Assembly: GCA_951406725.2 (NCBI GenBank)
Contig: OX597823.1
Coordinates: 42,904,001 to 42,968,000 of the forward strand
DNA: 64,000 nucleotides
Direction: 5' to 3'
Origin: Octopus vulgaris
Taxonomy: Eukaryota
Part shown: positions 28,310 to 42,299 of the stretch, in pieces
Numbering within the stretch: position 1 is the stretch's first letter
Layout of the letters: each line of letters opens with the position of its first letter
Notes under the pieces: generated by a model
What the model saw: only the letters and a program-made list of their open reading frames with translations
Databases searched by the model: none
Told to the model about the DNA's origin: nothing
Program-made: the position numbers and the translations under genes

Positions 28310-29259
28310 AGACTCACACACAATAAATTAGTTTACAAGAATTTAGGATTGATCTTGGAAACCTGTAGAAAATCGTCGCTGCTACGATTAAGAAGAATAT
28401 TCTAAAATCTTTTGCCCGTGAAGTGTTGCATACCAATTAGAAGCCGGTGCGGGTGTCGCCGCGGCGGTTGGGGAGGTGTTCCTCCGGGGTCTAAGATTTA
28501 ATCTGTAATTTCGAACAAACTTCCATTGAGGAAAACGGAATTTCAATCCAATGAACAGAATAGTTACAGCTATGTGTCCAACAGGAAGTGCATTACATTA
28601 CATTAGTTTGGAAAAAATCAGGCACTTCTCCCCCATACTCTTTCTCTCTATTTATTTCTCTCTCTCACACACACACATACATAAACACCCGCACAGATGC
28701 ATAGAGTCGCAGAGAAGCGCTCACTTATATATATGCGCGCGCGCACCCACACACACACACAAGTGCTCTTTCAAATGTGCACTTAATTGCATGCTATCAT
28801 GCATTACTTCTCAGCTTTCTTAAAGTCATATTCCCTGTTTCCTCCGCAAATATCTCTCGCACTTTTGCATTTGTAATCTCTAATATAGTATACATATAAG
28901 TATACATACATACATATATATATATATATAATCAGATAGCTAGATAGATACATATACATATATATATATGTGTGTGTATGTGTGTGTGTGTGCGTGTGCA
29001 TATATATATATTACATGTATGCGTACACGCATACGTGCATGTGAGTATAAGGAGAGATAGGGGACAGTTAGAATGTCTCTCTCTCACACACACACATACA
29101 CACACACACATATATATACGTATCTTAACGCAAATACATGTACATGTATTTTGTGGGCATATATGTGTGTGTGTTTGTATGCATAAATATCTATAACCAT
29201 GTATATATATAGTTATAAATGTATATATACATAACTGTATTTATATACATGTGTTTATA

Positions 29260-29324
<65 letters not shown>

Positions 29325-29766
29325 TTATATATAAACAGACACATTGACACATATATAGATAAATACATAAATACCTAAAAACATACTTATATATAAATTT
29401 GCATTGATTAATCTAGAAGCGGAAAATTACAGAACCCAATAGGTAACTGTGCAGTATTCTTAAATACTTTATAGCTGAAAAGATCATAATTTCCCGTGCA
29501 TTGAATTGCACACTTTCCGAACTTTCAACTTGTAGTATTCGGAGTCTGTTTTCCCTTGAATTATCTTTTATTCGAATGAAATCTGAAATACTACACATAT
29601 GTTATTTAGAACATGCATATCTATAAGCTTTCAGAAAAGTAATCGCGGTTTCTTCAGTTTCCTCATTTTATCAGCCTGGTTTTCTGAAGAATTAACTCAA
29701 AAACTTCAAAATCTTGATCTCTCGTTTACCATAAATAACACCTTGTTCTCATTTCGATGTTGTGAT

Positions 29767-29793
29767 GCATACATACATACATACATACATACA

Positions 29794-29825
<32 letters not shown>

Positions 29826-29873
29826 CATACATGCATGCATACATACATACATACATACATACATACATGCATG

Positions 29874-29905
<32 letters not shown>

Positions 29906-30056
29906 CATACATATATGCATACATACATACATACATACATACATGCATGCATACATACATACATACATGCATACATACATACATACATACATACATACAT
30001 ACATACATACATACATACATACATACATACATACATACATACATACATACATACAT
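29767..30056. repeat. (TACA)n microsatellite; representative of dozens of (TA)n, (CA)n, (TAGA)n, (AAT)n, (GTA)n and (TTC)n tracts
   Basis: Direct reading. Others include 40857-41013 (ATAG)n, 43998-44166 (TACA)n, 53433-53600 (GTA/GTG)n, 56550-56695 (AAT)n and 62595-62690 (TTC)n. Confidence 0.98.
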
Positions 30057-30524
30057 GCCTTACACTCAGTCTAAATAAGCTTAAAGTTTGAGAAAAAGAA
30101 ATCAACCACCTGACGCGCACATTGAAAATACAATCCGTACGTGAAGTAGTAACACTAAGCAAGACTTTTCTCAAATTTAAAATGTGACGTTGTTTTCGTT
30201 ATCTACATTTCAACGATACAATGTGGTACATTTGTTAGAAAACAGCGCCTTCTTCAGAAGAAGAATTTAATTAAAAACAGAAAATAACATATATATACAC
30301 ACGCACACACATATACTACTGCATTTTTTTTCCTTGGCTCTAGAAGTATTATGTACCATTGAGTAAGTATGGTAGCTAATTTAACAGAGATACAGCTAAA
30401 CTTCCTTATTTAACTACTAGAAGTTTAGCTGAAATTATAGCAGCGCACAATGCTTGTAAGTTAAGCTTTTGTTGAAATGGATTTAGCCAATCCACTTAAA
30501 ATATAGCTATGAAAATAGTAGTAA

Positions 30525-30581
<57 letters not shown>

Positions 30582-30689
30582 CGTTGATGGATGTGGTGGC
30601 GGTGATGATGGCGGTGGTGGTTGTAATAGTAGTTGTAATAGTATTAAAAAAGTAATGGTAATTCTTTTGCTGTTACTTCTGATTATTAT

Positions 30690-31190
30690 CGCCAGGGAGT
30701 TTTGCCGCTTCGAGACAAGCTCTACACATATGGAAATGCTGCTAGACGGACCAGTACGAGAAGTGCACAGAGCGATGAAACTGTCCCGCATGCACTCGTG
30801 CAGTGTCCGTGCTTTACTGACTTGTGGTGCTTCGTCGATCAGCTGTTGTCGTGTGTAGGATGGATCCAAATATCAGCTGAGTTATTATCCATTGTGAAAA
30901 TCGACCCACCACCTGCCTTTGGCCTGGAATGAAAGGCAGTTTTCCTCTTTCTGGTGGCTATGGTGAAGAGGGTAGTGTGCTGGACGAGATTGGAAGGACT
31001 GAAGACAGATACTTTCCTCTTCTTCCAAACTCTCATCGACTTTTACAAGTTCCACTTAAAAAGGAAAGTGAGGGTAGAGAGGGAAGCTCTGTTTCTCAGT
31101 ACTTTTGTTGAAATGTGGTTGAATGGGCGAGGATAGCTCGTGTGAATGTGGCTACTCTGAACATTAACCTGTAGGCTAGAACCGTTGAAG
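30690..31190 (+). mobile_element. Tx1/L1-like LINE, ORF2 C-terminal (zf-RVT) fragment
   Basis: LPLRDKLY...DETVPHALVQCP...FLFLVAMVKRVVCWTRLEGLKT is homologous to 57560-58030. Confidence 0.8.
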
Positions 31191-31378
31191 AGAAGTGGGG
31201 TGCCCGCACTTTAATTAGCTTATGCAACTCAATTGATAGGTTCTGATAGTTGCTATTTTCTCAGTAGCTCTCTTATTGATCTTTACATCACTTGGGTCTG
31301 TAATGTCAATTACCTGACACTTTTGATTCTCTTTGTCTACTACTACTAAATCAGGTTTTCTAGCTTTTATTACTCTGT

Positions 31379-32249
31379 CGGAGATTTCAGCCTTGAAGAT
31401 GAAGATCGAACAGGACGTCCAGTTGAGTTTGATGATAAGCTCCTTGAGGCATTACGTGAAGAAAATCCTGCATTATCAGTGGAAGAATTAGCAATAAAGC
31501 TTGGTTCAAACCATACAACTGTTCATCGTCATCTTTAATAACTTGGAAAGTTTCTTAAACTTAGAAAATGGGTGCCTCATGAATTGTCCGAAAGCAACCG
31601 CAAATCCCGATTTGACATCTGCTCTTCTCTCCATTCTGGTGAACTCATTTCACACTTTTTGGATAGACTTGTGGCTGGTGACGAAATGTTAAACGTCGTA
31701 AACAGTGGTTTGGTGAAAGGGAAAAAATTCAACCGCAACCGAGAAGGAAACTTCATGGAAAAAAGATTCTTCTCTCTATCTGGTGGGATTACAAAGGAGT
31801 AATTCATCTAATGCAATAATCAATGCTCAGGTCTACTGTCAGCAATTAGAGCCGTTAAACCAAGCTTTGAAGAAGAAAAAACCGCTCTAGTGAATCGAAA
31901 AGGAATGATGTTTCATCAGGACAATTGGCAACCCCACACTGCAAAGATCACATCAGAGAAGATCGAAGAGCTTGGTTGGGTAAAAATTCCTCATCCATCG
32001 TAGTTTAGAGAATCACTTGGGGGGCATAACTTTCGCAAGCCAGGAGGAGGTTGAAATTGACATTTTAGACTTCTTCGCTTTGAAATCAAAAGAGTTTTAT
32101 ATTGATGGGATTAAACAGCTTGTAAATAGATGGAAGGAAATCATAGATAATCAGGGACAGTACATTGATGATAAAATTTCAATTAAATATAACATTTGAT
32201 CACTTTTTCCTTTATTCAAAATTCGGACAGAACTGATGGGATGACCTGA
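31379..32249 (+). mobile_element. mariner, 5'-truncated copy of the 22667 family
   Basis: Near-identical to the 22667 element (ggagatttcagccttgaagatgaagatcgaacagg; WVPHEL). Ends ggacagaactgatgggatgacctga followed by TA. Confidence 0.9.
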
Positions 32250-33365
32250 TATATCTAATTCAGTAATTCAGACATAATCTCTGTCATTTTTCCTACCTCA
32301 GTTCTCTACACCTTTCATTTGTACATATTGTTTTACACACAGTCTCGATGAGGTTTCCATGCGATTTTTTGAATACTTATATATCCTCGCATACTAGTAT
32401 ACGTGTGTGTTGCATCTGCTATATCTCTCAGTTTTCTCTTTTAGATATTAATATTTACTTATTTCCTGTACCAATTGCTTTGTTTCTCTTCCTATCACTT
32501 CCTTCTTCCTCCTCTCTCTCTCCCTCTCTCTCCCTCTCTTTGCGCCACTGTCTTTCACTCTGCATTGCATTCATAACCAGATGCTTGCAGCGGGGGATAA
32601 CCTCGCAAATTACATACCCCAGCATTTATAAAATTACAAGCGGAAGTGACAGACAAGTTACGAGCGCTAAAGCTTCCGGCGTCTTGCAAACGATAATTTA
32701 TGGTCACTACTTGTCTTAACATTACCTTTTGCACTACTTAAATATTTTTCAGTGCAGTTTATTCGCTACAATGGTATCTATTCTGAATCCTCACAGTGCG
32801 TATATTGAATCACAATTTATTCTTATATGTATTAGATGGCACGCAAATGTGTTATATGCATCATTTCACACACTGTTCTATGCATTGAATTAGTATTAAT
32901 ATAATGTGATGTACACGCGCACGCACACACACAAGATCACAGGTTTTTTTTGCAAACTAAAGTTGAATTTAAGTTGTATAAAGTGATTTATAGATTGGTT
33001 TATAACACAACCTACACACGCATGTATACACACACATGTATCTTTCCATATGTGTGTCTGTATGTTTGTGAGTATGTGTACGACAGAGAGAGTGTAATGT
33101 ATATTATGAACGATACTAACAACGGACCGTAAGAATTAAATATGTATATGCTTTTGAGTAAAGCGTTAGGCGAGTAAAAAGTGTAATATCCAATCAACAA
33201 ATGACAAGAAAATATAATTTTCGTAAGCTTTATATTTCCTTCCGGTTGTTTGTGCTATTAAAACATTGTACTCAAAGCTGAGTGATCATACATCATCGTA
33301 TAGCTTCCTCAGAGCTACCGGATGTAGCCCAAACACTTAGCTCTGTGTACTGTATTTGGTAGCAG

Positions 33366-33477
<112 letters not shown>

Positions 33478-33938
33478 CATACATATATATGCATGTGTGT
33501 GAGTGTGTCCGTGAGTGTATGTGTCCGTATATATATATGATATATATGTATATGTGTGTGTGTGTGTGTGTGTATGTGCATATATATATATATATATAAT
33601 ATATCTGTGAATATACGCTGCGACCTGGGATAACCACTACAACGACAAGAGCCGCAGCGATATCGTCAGACCAAGGCCTTGTAATAACACCACATATAGC
33701 AGTTCCAGCAACACCAGCAGCAACAACATCTCCAAGCCCGGAGCAAACCGAAGATGCACCAGAAAAGTGAACTCAACCAACAATTAAGCCTGAAAATATG
33801 TCGGGTCAGCTGGGATTGCCTTCAAGACTAACCTATAATTATTAGACCAATAGCACAGTGGATTTTGAAAAAAATATAACATATAAAGATGGGACACGTG
33901 CTATTGGTCTCGTAATTATAGGTTAGTCCTGGATGGCT

Positions 33939-34011
33939 CGGTTACTGATGAGAATTTGCCTAGTAAATTATTTTTTTACTAAGAGAAATTCGAAACCTAT
34001 AGGTATAACTG
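33939..34011 (+). ncRNA. Type I hammerhead ribozyme, canonical core
   Basis: cggtta CTGATGA gaattt...aaattc GAAA cctatagg TA taactg. Palindromic stem III; predicted cut after 34005. Confidence 0.85.
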
Positions 34012-35684
34012 TAAAAACAAGGTAAATGTTTTTATTTTTCATTCCCTTTGAAATTGCTTAAATTATGTGTTTTTCGGTCGTTTTGACTGTCTGCTATCGT
34101 GTAGAAATTGCCTGTTATATGTATAATTTCTCTTTGTGTTTAAATGTACACTATTTCATATTGAATAATATGTCGTCTATTGACATGCTACGCCACTGGT
34201 AGTGAAATTTGTAAAAATTTGTTACCCTATATATATATATATATATGTATGTATGCATGTATGCATGTATGTATGTATAAACAGAGATAGGCGGAGATGA
34301 AATGAGGTAGATGGAGAGACAGGGAGGCAGACAGACAGACAGACAGATAGATAAGATAGCGGACAGACCGTGTATTTACGTGTATTAGAGAAGAGATGCG
34401 GAATGTCTCGCTGAAATTGGAGACCTATCACAATATACTAGAAGAGAAAGAGATGTTGTAAATTGAATACGAGAAATTCAGGGTACAATACTGGGAAACA
34501 ATTGGTTATATATGGAGACAGTCATATGTACAGCGAGAAACAATTACAAACGAATAATGACGGCTTGAAAATAATGAAAGATGGTAAAAAGAATGGTGAT
34601 AAAAGCCTGATGGGGTTTGGCAAAAATATGAAGAAAACTCATAATTAGTGAAGATGGTAAAAAGTGAATAAATATGATAAAGTAACGGATACTGAGATGC
34701 AGTAGAAAGTATGAGAAACGGATAAAACAATTTGGAAGCGATGATAAAAAATATAATGAATAAAATATTGGATGAAAATAGAGAAATATGATAAGAAATT
34801 AAGGTAAACGAAATTAATATTATAGAGGAGGGAGATGGAAAGAGAAAGATGGAGGAATATTGAAAGAAGTAAACTTGATGCTAATAGGAATAAGAAGAGG
34901 AAAAAATAAATGACAAGATCTTGATTTTTGTACTTGATGAAATATTACAGGCAACTTGCCAACTTTTTGATAATATATACAAACACTAATATCTTCGTTC
35001 ATACACGCATAGATACAAACTCACACACACATGTACATATATATATATAGTCATACATGTATAAGCACACGCACACACATACACACACATATATATATAC
35101 AAATTTGTATATATACACACATATATTACATACAAATAGATGGATAGATAAATAGATATATATAAAGAGATAGATAGAGAGAACGACGGACAGACAGACA
35201 GATAATGTATGTATCTATGAATATAAGTATGTATATGTACGTTTGTATATATTAATATATATGTATATACATACAAAACTATTTGCGTGTGCACGCGTGT
35301 CATTTGTGGCCACTCAATCAAGAGATAGGTAAAAATCTAAACCAGTGGAGTATTGGTGAAGCTGGATGTATTTTGGGGAAATCGGTGGTGGTAGATTATT
35401 CATACGGATCAAAGCAAGATCTTTCCCTAGAAATTCTAGTAAAACTCACTAAATAATGAAGAAAATCTTTCCGTAGAGGCTGAGGTTTTTATTTCTTTTA
35501 TGCCTATCAGATTGCCGAAAACTTATGGCCTTTCAATTCAATTGAAAGACGAATTAAACTTGGAGTTGGTAAGAATAAAATAAACATGAATTACATAGAT
35601 TTTTTAGTACATAATTTCCATAGCCGTATAAACAAATCATCTGAGTGGTTGTTCGGCAAGGAATTGCCGAATCCTCATACGACG

Positions 35685-35767
<83 letters not shown>

Positions 35768-35939
35768 TATAGGAGGTTATGAGAGGTTATGGTGTCAGTG
35801 AGACCCAAAGGTATCAGGTAATGCTAAATGAGGTCTATAGATAGACCAAGGTTAAGTTCTAGATTCGGTGATTATGCGAATAAGGAATCCAAGTTAGGTC
35901 ATATATCAGCGTGTGTATATAAATGTTTTTTCCGTAATG

Positions 35940-36800
35940 AGATTAAAAAAAAACCAAGGCTGTGTAGATTTTAGAACATTTATAAATAAAAGGCCTTACA
36001 GCTGTTTCTAGGATATTCATTATATCCCTTCATCGGAGACGGTGTGAGAAGATGGTTAAGCAATAGTTAACTTAGATAAGATAGGAAATAGAGAGTTAGG
36101 TGGAGGAAGGAAAATAGATGTGAGATATGCAGGTATATTGTATTTGTAGATCCATTATTTAGGCAGAATGATGTACCTGTAAGATTCCAATGCCTTATGA
36201 GTAACATCGAAAAGTATTTAAAAATGGTCATTCCAAATATAGAGTCTATATACAGTGTTATTGAATCAAGGGTTTTAGTTAAAGTGACCTAAAAGTAGGG
36301 AATATATTAGTAAGGTCAAATCGAAAACAGGAATAGAGGAATAAAGAAAGAGAAAAATAGAAAAAAGAGAAAAGAAAGAGAAGAAAATAAGAGAAATAAT
36401 AAAATGATAAAAAATAAAAAAGAGGAAAAACAGGATTAGAGGAATAAAGAAGAGAAAGAAAAAAGAAAATGGAAAAGCAATGAAGAGATAGTAAGGGAAG
36501 GTGTACCAGTTAGTGGTCAGTTGAGATAGTTTGAAAGTAGGAATGGGGAGATTAAGGCGATAGAGAGAGAAAGAGAGGAATTAGAGTGTAAAAAGATAGA
36601 AGGAATGGGGTGGGGGTGATAGAGAGAGGGGTATAAAAAGTAAAGGAGTGTCAATTGTGGAGAGGTAGTGTCTAAGTGATGGGGCAGAAAGACGGGTAGG
36701 AGTATGGAATGAAGGATTTAGGAATTTGGGTGATGGGGCAGAAAGACGGGTAGTAGTATGGAATGAAGGATTTAGGAATTTGCGTGATTGGACAGGTCAA
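35940..36800 (-). mobile_element. Penelope pLTR-like repeat with hammerhead, purine-rich tract and a 54-bp tandem duplication (36676-36782)
   Basis: HHR motif at the left end, long GA-rich segment, and duplicated gtgatggggcagaaagacgggtag...ggaattt. Confidence 0.5.
35993..36041 (-). ncRNA. Type I hammerhead-like motif (U4C core)
   Basis: Minus strand: gtct CCGATGA agggatat-aatga-atatccta GAAA cagctg TA aggc. Palindromic stem III. Confidence 0.72.
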
Positions 36801-37279
36801 TGCTTAGTAGTAGAAGATGTATATGTGAAGATGTATACATATGTATATATTAGACATGTATACATCTTCACATATACATATATATTTATACAGATGTTTA
36901 TACATATCAATATCTACATATACAACTCTTACTCGTATGCATATGCACACATGCGCACCCATATATACGTGTATCTGCATGTATTATCGCTCCTGTACAC
37001 GCAGGGCTAGAGAGGCCTTCCAACTTACCTTCCTGTTGGAAATTGGTCAAAGAGAAGTTATTTTTAAACTCTGATATTACTCATACGTGAGAGTTGACCT
37101 GACCAACTAAGCTGTATTTGATGAGGATCGCTTCAATGCTTGATACGTGACATTTTGTAAGTACCTCGCTCTTATGAAATATGGTTACTCGGTATTAGTT
37201 TTGAGATAGTACGCAAGCGTCGCATATGAAAAGCGTCAAGCTGATTGATGTACTTTCGGTACAAAGTCCAAGATTCAGC

Positions 37280-37860
37280 ACCATACAGCAATGTGGTCAA
37301 GACCACCGATTTATATATACATTAACATTCGACTACAGCGATACGTCGTGGCTGTTCCATTGCCTGCGATAAAGCTTACGAAAGCGAAGCTAACCTTCCC
37401 GATTCTGGACTCTTTATTCATCTTTGCATCCTTGAACACAATGGAACGACGATAAGTGAAGGAGGAAACAGTTTTTAACGCGTTCCCATCAACATATACA
37501 GTAGGGGAAACAGCGAGAAGATGGTCACCAATGGGCTGATGGACAAGCTCAGTATTCTTGATGTTGATAATCACACCAACAGTCTTCTATACACGCGAGA
37601 AATTGCTTAGAATCCATAGCATGTCCTCATGTGTGAGTGCTACAAGTGCACAATCGTATGCAAAGAACAAACCTCGAAATGTTTGTACCAAAGTCTTAGT
37701 TTTTGCATTGAAGCTCTGTTGCTTGAACAAGACATCATAATTTCTGTACTCAAACTTTACTCCTTCTTTAACATCCTCGAACGCTGTTTGCAATATGACG
37801 GAGAAATATAAGGAAATAAGAGTGGTGCAAGAACACAACCTTGTTTCGTCCCATTTTAGA
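37280..37860 (-). mobile_element. RTE-clade (BovB-like) LINE reverse transcriptase fragment
   Basis: GVKFEYR...AKTKT...LFFAYDCALVA (cf. LFADDCAL), INIKNTELVHQP, LKTVSSFTY and RIGKVSFAF. Confidence 0.85.
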
Positions 37861-37869
37861 GTGTCCTGC

Positions 37870-38368
37870 AAAATCACATGGAAAAAAATCCTGTCGTAAC
37901 TGTTGAGGAACGTGCAGAAAAGCTTGGATTTGGTCATTAAAACAGTCATTCAAGTCGACACTAGAAGTAAAACGACTATCATTGGTTTCAAGACGAAAGG
38001 TGTTCTTCCATCAGGATAAAGCTCCGTCACATATAGCGAGGATGACATTCCAAAGGATGGAGAATTTTAAATGGGAAACGATACCCCACCCACCATATTC
38101 GCAGGACATTGCTACATCTGATTATAATTTATTCTGCAGTTGGACGATCATTTGGACGAAAAAAAAAAATGAATTCTGTAGACGAGGTCAGAACAGTACC
38201 GCAGAAGTATTTTTCGTCACGGACAAGTGAACTCTGAAAAAGGGACCTTGGAAGTCTATCAGAGCATTGTATAAAATGAAGGAGAGTATATTTTAGATTT
38301 AAAAAGTACTATGTTTATCTTGATTTTGAAAAATAAAAGTATAAAAAACGCATTATTCATAGGGCGAC

Positions 38369-38372
<4 letters not shown>
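37870..38372 (+). mobile_element. mariner relic (another family), internally deleted, right TIR retained
   Basis: NPVVTVEE...FHQDKAPSH...WETIPHPPYSQDIATSDYNLF; ends gcattattcatagggcgacccaa followed by TA. Confidence 0.82.
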
Positions 38373-38421
<49 letters not shown>

Positions 38422-38738
38422 CTGCTCGTATATGGTAATAATATGCAATAACTTTCGTTTATACATAGTTAGTTGCGCTGTAATACAACAACCTATGATG
38501 AAAACACTGGCTGTTCGTCAGCTTGATGAGATCAACAAACCGAGAGGTTTCGTCTTTCATTAAACTCATCAGGGATTCCTTGTCACACCTTACAATTTGC
38601 CAGACTATAAAGAATTAAATTTCCTAGAGTAAATGAAAACGAAATATATATACATACATACACACATACATGCATCCATGCATCCATCCATCCATCCATA
38701 CATACATACATGCATGCAAAATATATAGCTATACATAT

Positions 38739-38801
<63 letters not shown>

Positions 38802-38927
38802 CCTCGTACACATACACATATATGTAGTAATGCAATGTATATAATATAATATATGTCTATATTTATATATAGAATACATACACACATTCATATGTATATA
38901 TGCATATATTCATTTATGCACATACAT

Positions 38928-38975
<48 letters not shown>

Positions 38976-39368
38976 TGATATGGCTATGTTGCGTGTAACG
39001 ATCGTCTGTAACATCAGCCATGGGCACTCGCAGACGACAGCTACAACAATAAAACGACTGAGCGTTGACTAAAGACGATATCAACACCCGTTGACCTCTG
39101 TTCTGATTTCTATATTGACCCGACAGATATATTGTTGGCACGCCAGCAAATCTTGCCAACTTAGAACTATCTCCTGGATCGATTAATTTTAAACATTTAA
39201 TGCTAACACCAAATTAAAGCTTTGTCTCCTGGACCAGTCTGTTGCTACGGAGTAAATTCACTAGCACGCATGAATATGGAAATCGCCAATTATGAATGTT
39301 TATGCGTGTTTGCACTCACTTACAAACACATATGCATATATAGTTATATACCTATGTACATATACGCA

Positions 39369-39423
<55 letters not shown>

Positions 39424-40738
39424 ATACACATGAATATATATTTTTGCTAACCTTAGTGTAACTGTCCGACGAAGGCTAGCAAATCGAAACTTCGAAGTCT
39501 CTATTAGCGCTTCACTAAAAGCATTGTGTATAGTACTCTACAAACAGTACAAAATGTATGAAGTATATCTCCAGTTTAATATCAAATTATATTTAGTATA
39601 ACATGAGATAAATGCGAACGTTAATATACAGCTGAGTCAATTTGTTATTATGTGTGTGTGTGTGTGTGTGTGTGTATTTTCTTACATTTAGACAGGCCCG
39701 CGATATATTTCTGCCCACTGTAGACAGGCCTTGTCTAATTTTATAGCATTATTGAAGAAAATTCTTGAAGGCAGCTTTATATCATATTTTGGGACATCAT
39801 AGTTCGCTCATGTAGGGATTTACTGGCTGTAGAAATTAAAGCATTGTCAGGGGTTAATCTGGTACCCATTGTGGGATGACACCAAGGCGGAATTTCACGG
39901 GTACGCGATTCCTTAAAAGTCGAGAATCAGATGGTGAGGAGCTGAATATTTCATTGATTGATTATGCATAGAAACCAATGTATAGCAATGAAATGCTTCC
40001 TCAAACCATTCGAAAGCATCGAAACTTTGATTAAGATTATGTAACTAGACCGGCTTATTTAGTTTGATTGCTATGATATCCTGCGATAAATGCACCAGTC
40101 GATTTGTAAATCGTGGCGGATTTACAGTTTGTATGTATGGAACACCCTGTGGATTTAATCCATACACATTCCTATCTTCTTCCCTCGATATTATATTCTG
40201 CATGGCGTGCTGACTGGGGAAGTATTCGCTTCGATTTCTTCAATCCCTACTTTCTATTGCTACGTGATTTCGTAGAAGAAATTAAACGCAAAACAAATGA
40301 CAAAATGATAACGGTAATTTATTCAGTTTGCAGAGATGAATAAATATATTGAATTAACATTAGAAATTATTGCACTTCGTTACGGAGTTAAATATTACAC
40401 TAAGTCTAGCGGATTATACAGTTGTCACTCTTATTAAATGTGAAATGTTAATGACATGTTACAGCTCAATGTCGCGAATTAATTAAATTGGAATGATTAA
40501 AACTCTAACTATACTGGATTATTTAGATGTTTGAAGATACCAGGCATTAACATTCATATATTAATAACATTTATGTTTGTGCAGATTGAAAAGCTTAATA
40601 ACTATTTAACCCGTTCTTAACGACGTGGGCCACTTCGTAATATTTATTCACATATATTTATTCTAAGGAGCATTAGTTAATCCGTTCATGGTTTTAGAGA
40701 TTATCCGTAATTAAATAAAACTTAACTAAGTATTTTAT

Positions 40739-40889
<151 letters not shown>

Positions 40890-40908
40890 CAGACAGATAG
40901 ATAGATAT

Positions 40909-41014
<106 letters not shown>

Positions 41015-41017
41015 GGA

Positions 41018-41054
<37 letters not shown>

Positions 41055-41059
41055 TTTTT

Positions 41060-41790
41060 ATGTATATAAAATATAAAATGGGACAAGAATGCAAAACATC
41101 CAGACAGTTAGGTGATACAAAAAGGACAACAAAACATCCAGATAGACAATACGAAGAAAACAAGGACAGGTCATTCGGAGCTTTCTTTCCTCAGTCGGAT
41201 TCCAGATTATCTATGCAATTTCGGGTGGTTAAACGTAAGATTGCTCCAATCTGGCCAGCCCCAAGGAAAAACTAAGGTAAGACCCTTAGATTCCTTGGAA
41301 AAAAGGAGAGAATGTATACGAAAACAACAACGGAAAGAAACGGAGAATGTTACACAAATACAAATAACAGGACATAACAACAGGTGTCTTTCGACTAAGG
41401 ATGAATTGAATTAAGCTGGCGTGTGCGGAAGTAAAGCTTTACGGCAGAGACACTAGTTTTCACAGGTACAGGGAGGAATATAGATGTTGCACGGATGGTA
41501 GTTAAACCAAGAAAGAAAGGTCAGGCTTGGCCAAACACCGGTCACATGGGTAGAGAAGAGAGAGAGGTAGAGGCAGAGAGATAGAAGAAATAAGCAAGGA
41601 CGAGAAAAAATGACAGGGACACAGAGAAGTGAAAAGAGGAGAGAAAGTGAGCATGAACAGAAGGCAAGGAAATGTGAGAGAGGGGGAACACGCACATCTG
41701 TGTGCGCGGGCATTTATATATGTGGGTGGTGGGACCCTTGGCAGCTTTGATGTTTCGATGGGAGGTACCGAAACCTTGCATTTCGAAGAC
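41060..41790. mobile_element. Unclassified interspersed repeat, second copy at ~61600-62000
   Basis: gacataacaacaggtgtcttt(c/t)gactaagga...aattaagctggcgtgtg...ggaatatagatgttgcacgga is shared between the two loci. Confidence 0.7.
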
Positions 41791-41868
41791 GGATTACAGT
41801 AGCATTCTCAGTAAACAGGTGTTTACACCTAGCCCTCATCGTATACATATTTATATATATATATATAA

Positions 41869-42280
41869 ACTCTTTTACTCTTTTACTTGTTTCGGTCATT
41901 TGACTGCGGCCATGCTGAAGCACCACCTTTAGTCGAGCAAATCGACCCCAGGACTTATTCTTTGTAAGCCCAGTACTTATTCTATCGGTCTCTTTTTGCC
42001 GAACTGCTAAGTGACTGGGACGTTAACACACCAGCATCGGTTGTCAAGCGATGGAGGGGGACAAACACAGACACACAAACATATACACTCACATACATAT
42101 ATATATACACACATATACGACGGGCTTCTTTCAGTTTCCGTCTACCAAATCCACTCACAAGGCATTGGTCGGCCCGATGCTATAGCAGAAGACACTTGCC
42201 AAAGATGTCACGCAGTGGGACTGAACCCGGAACCATGTGGTTGGTAATCAAGCTACTTACCACACAGCTGCTCCTGCGCC
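41869..42280 (-). mobile_element. SINE family A, best-preserved copy (tRNA-derived head)
   Basis: Minus strand starts GGCGCAGGAGCAGCTGTGTGGTAAG (A box) and has GGTTCAGTCCC (B box), an internal (TA)/(TG) tract and a (gtaaaaga)n-like tail. Confidence 0.93.
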
Positions 42281-42299
42281 TATATATATATATTATTTT

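Noticed and set aside
34440-34980. Coiled-coil LINE ORF1-like relic; similarly CR1-like traces at ~8780-9060 and ~50180-50480
   Set aside because: Too decayed to support with clear motifs.
41160-41200. CTGAGGA on the minus strand as a hammerhead; also lone CTGATGA-like hits at ~3051, ~7148, ~16330, ~43398 and ~46060
   Set aside because: No convincing stem II, GAAA and stem I arrangement.
42200-42280. tRNA gene
   Set aside because: The A/B boxes belong to a SINE head that continues into the SINE body; no full cloverleaf.
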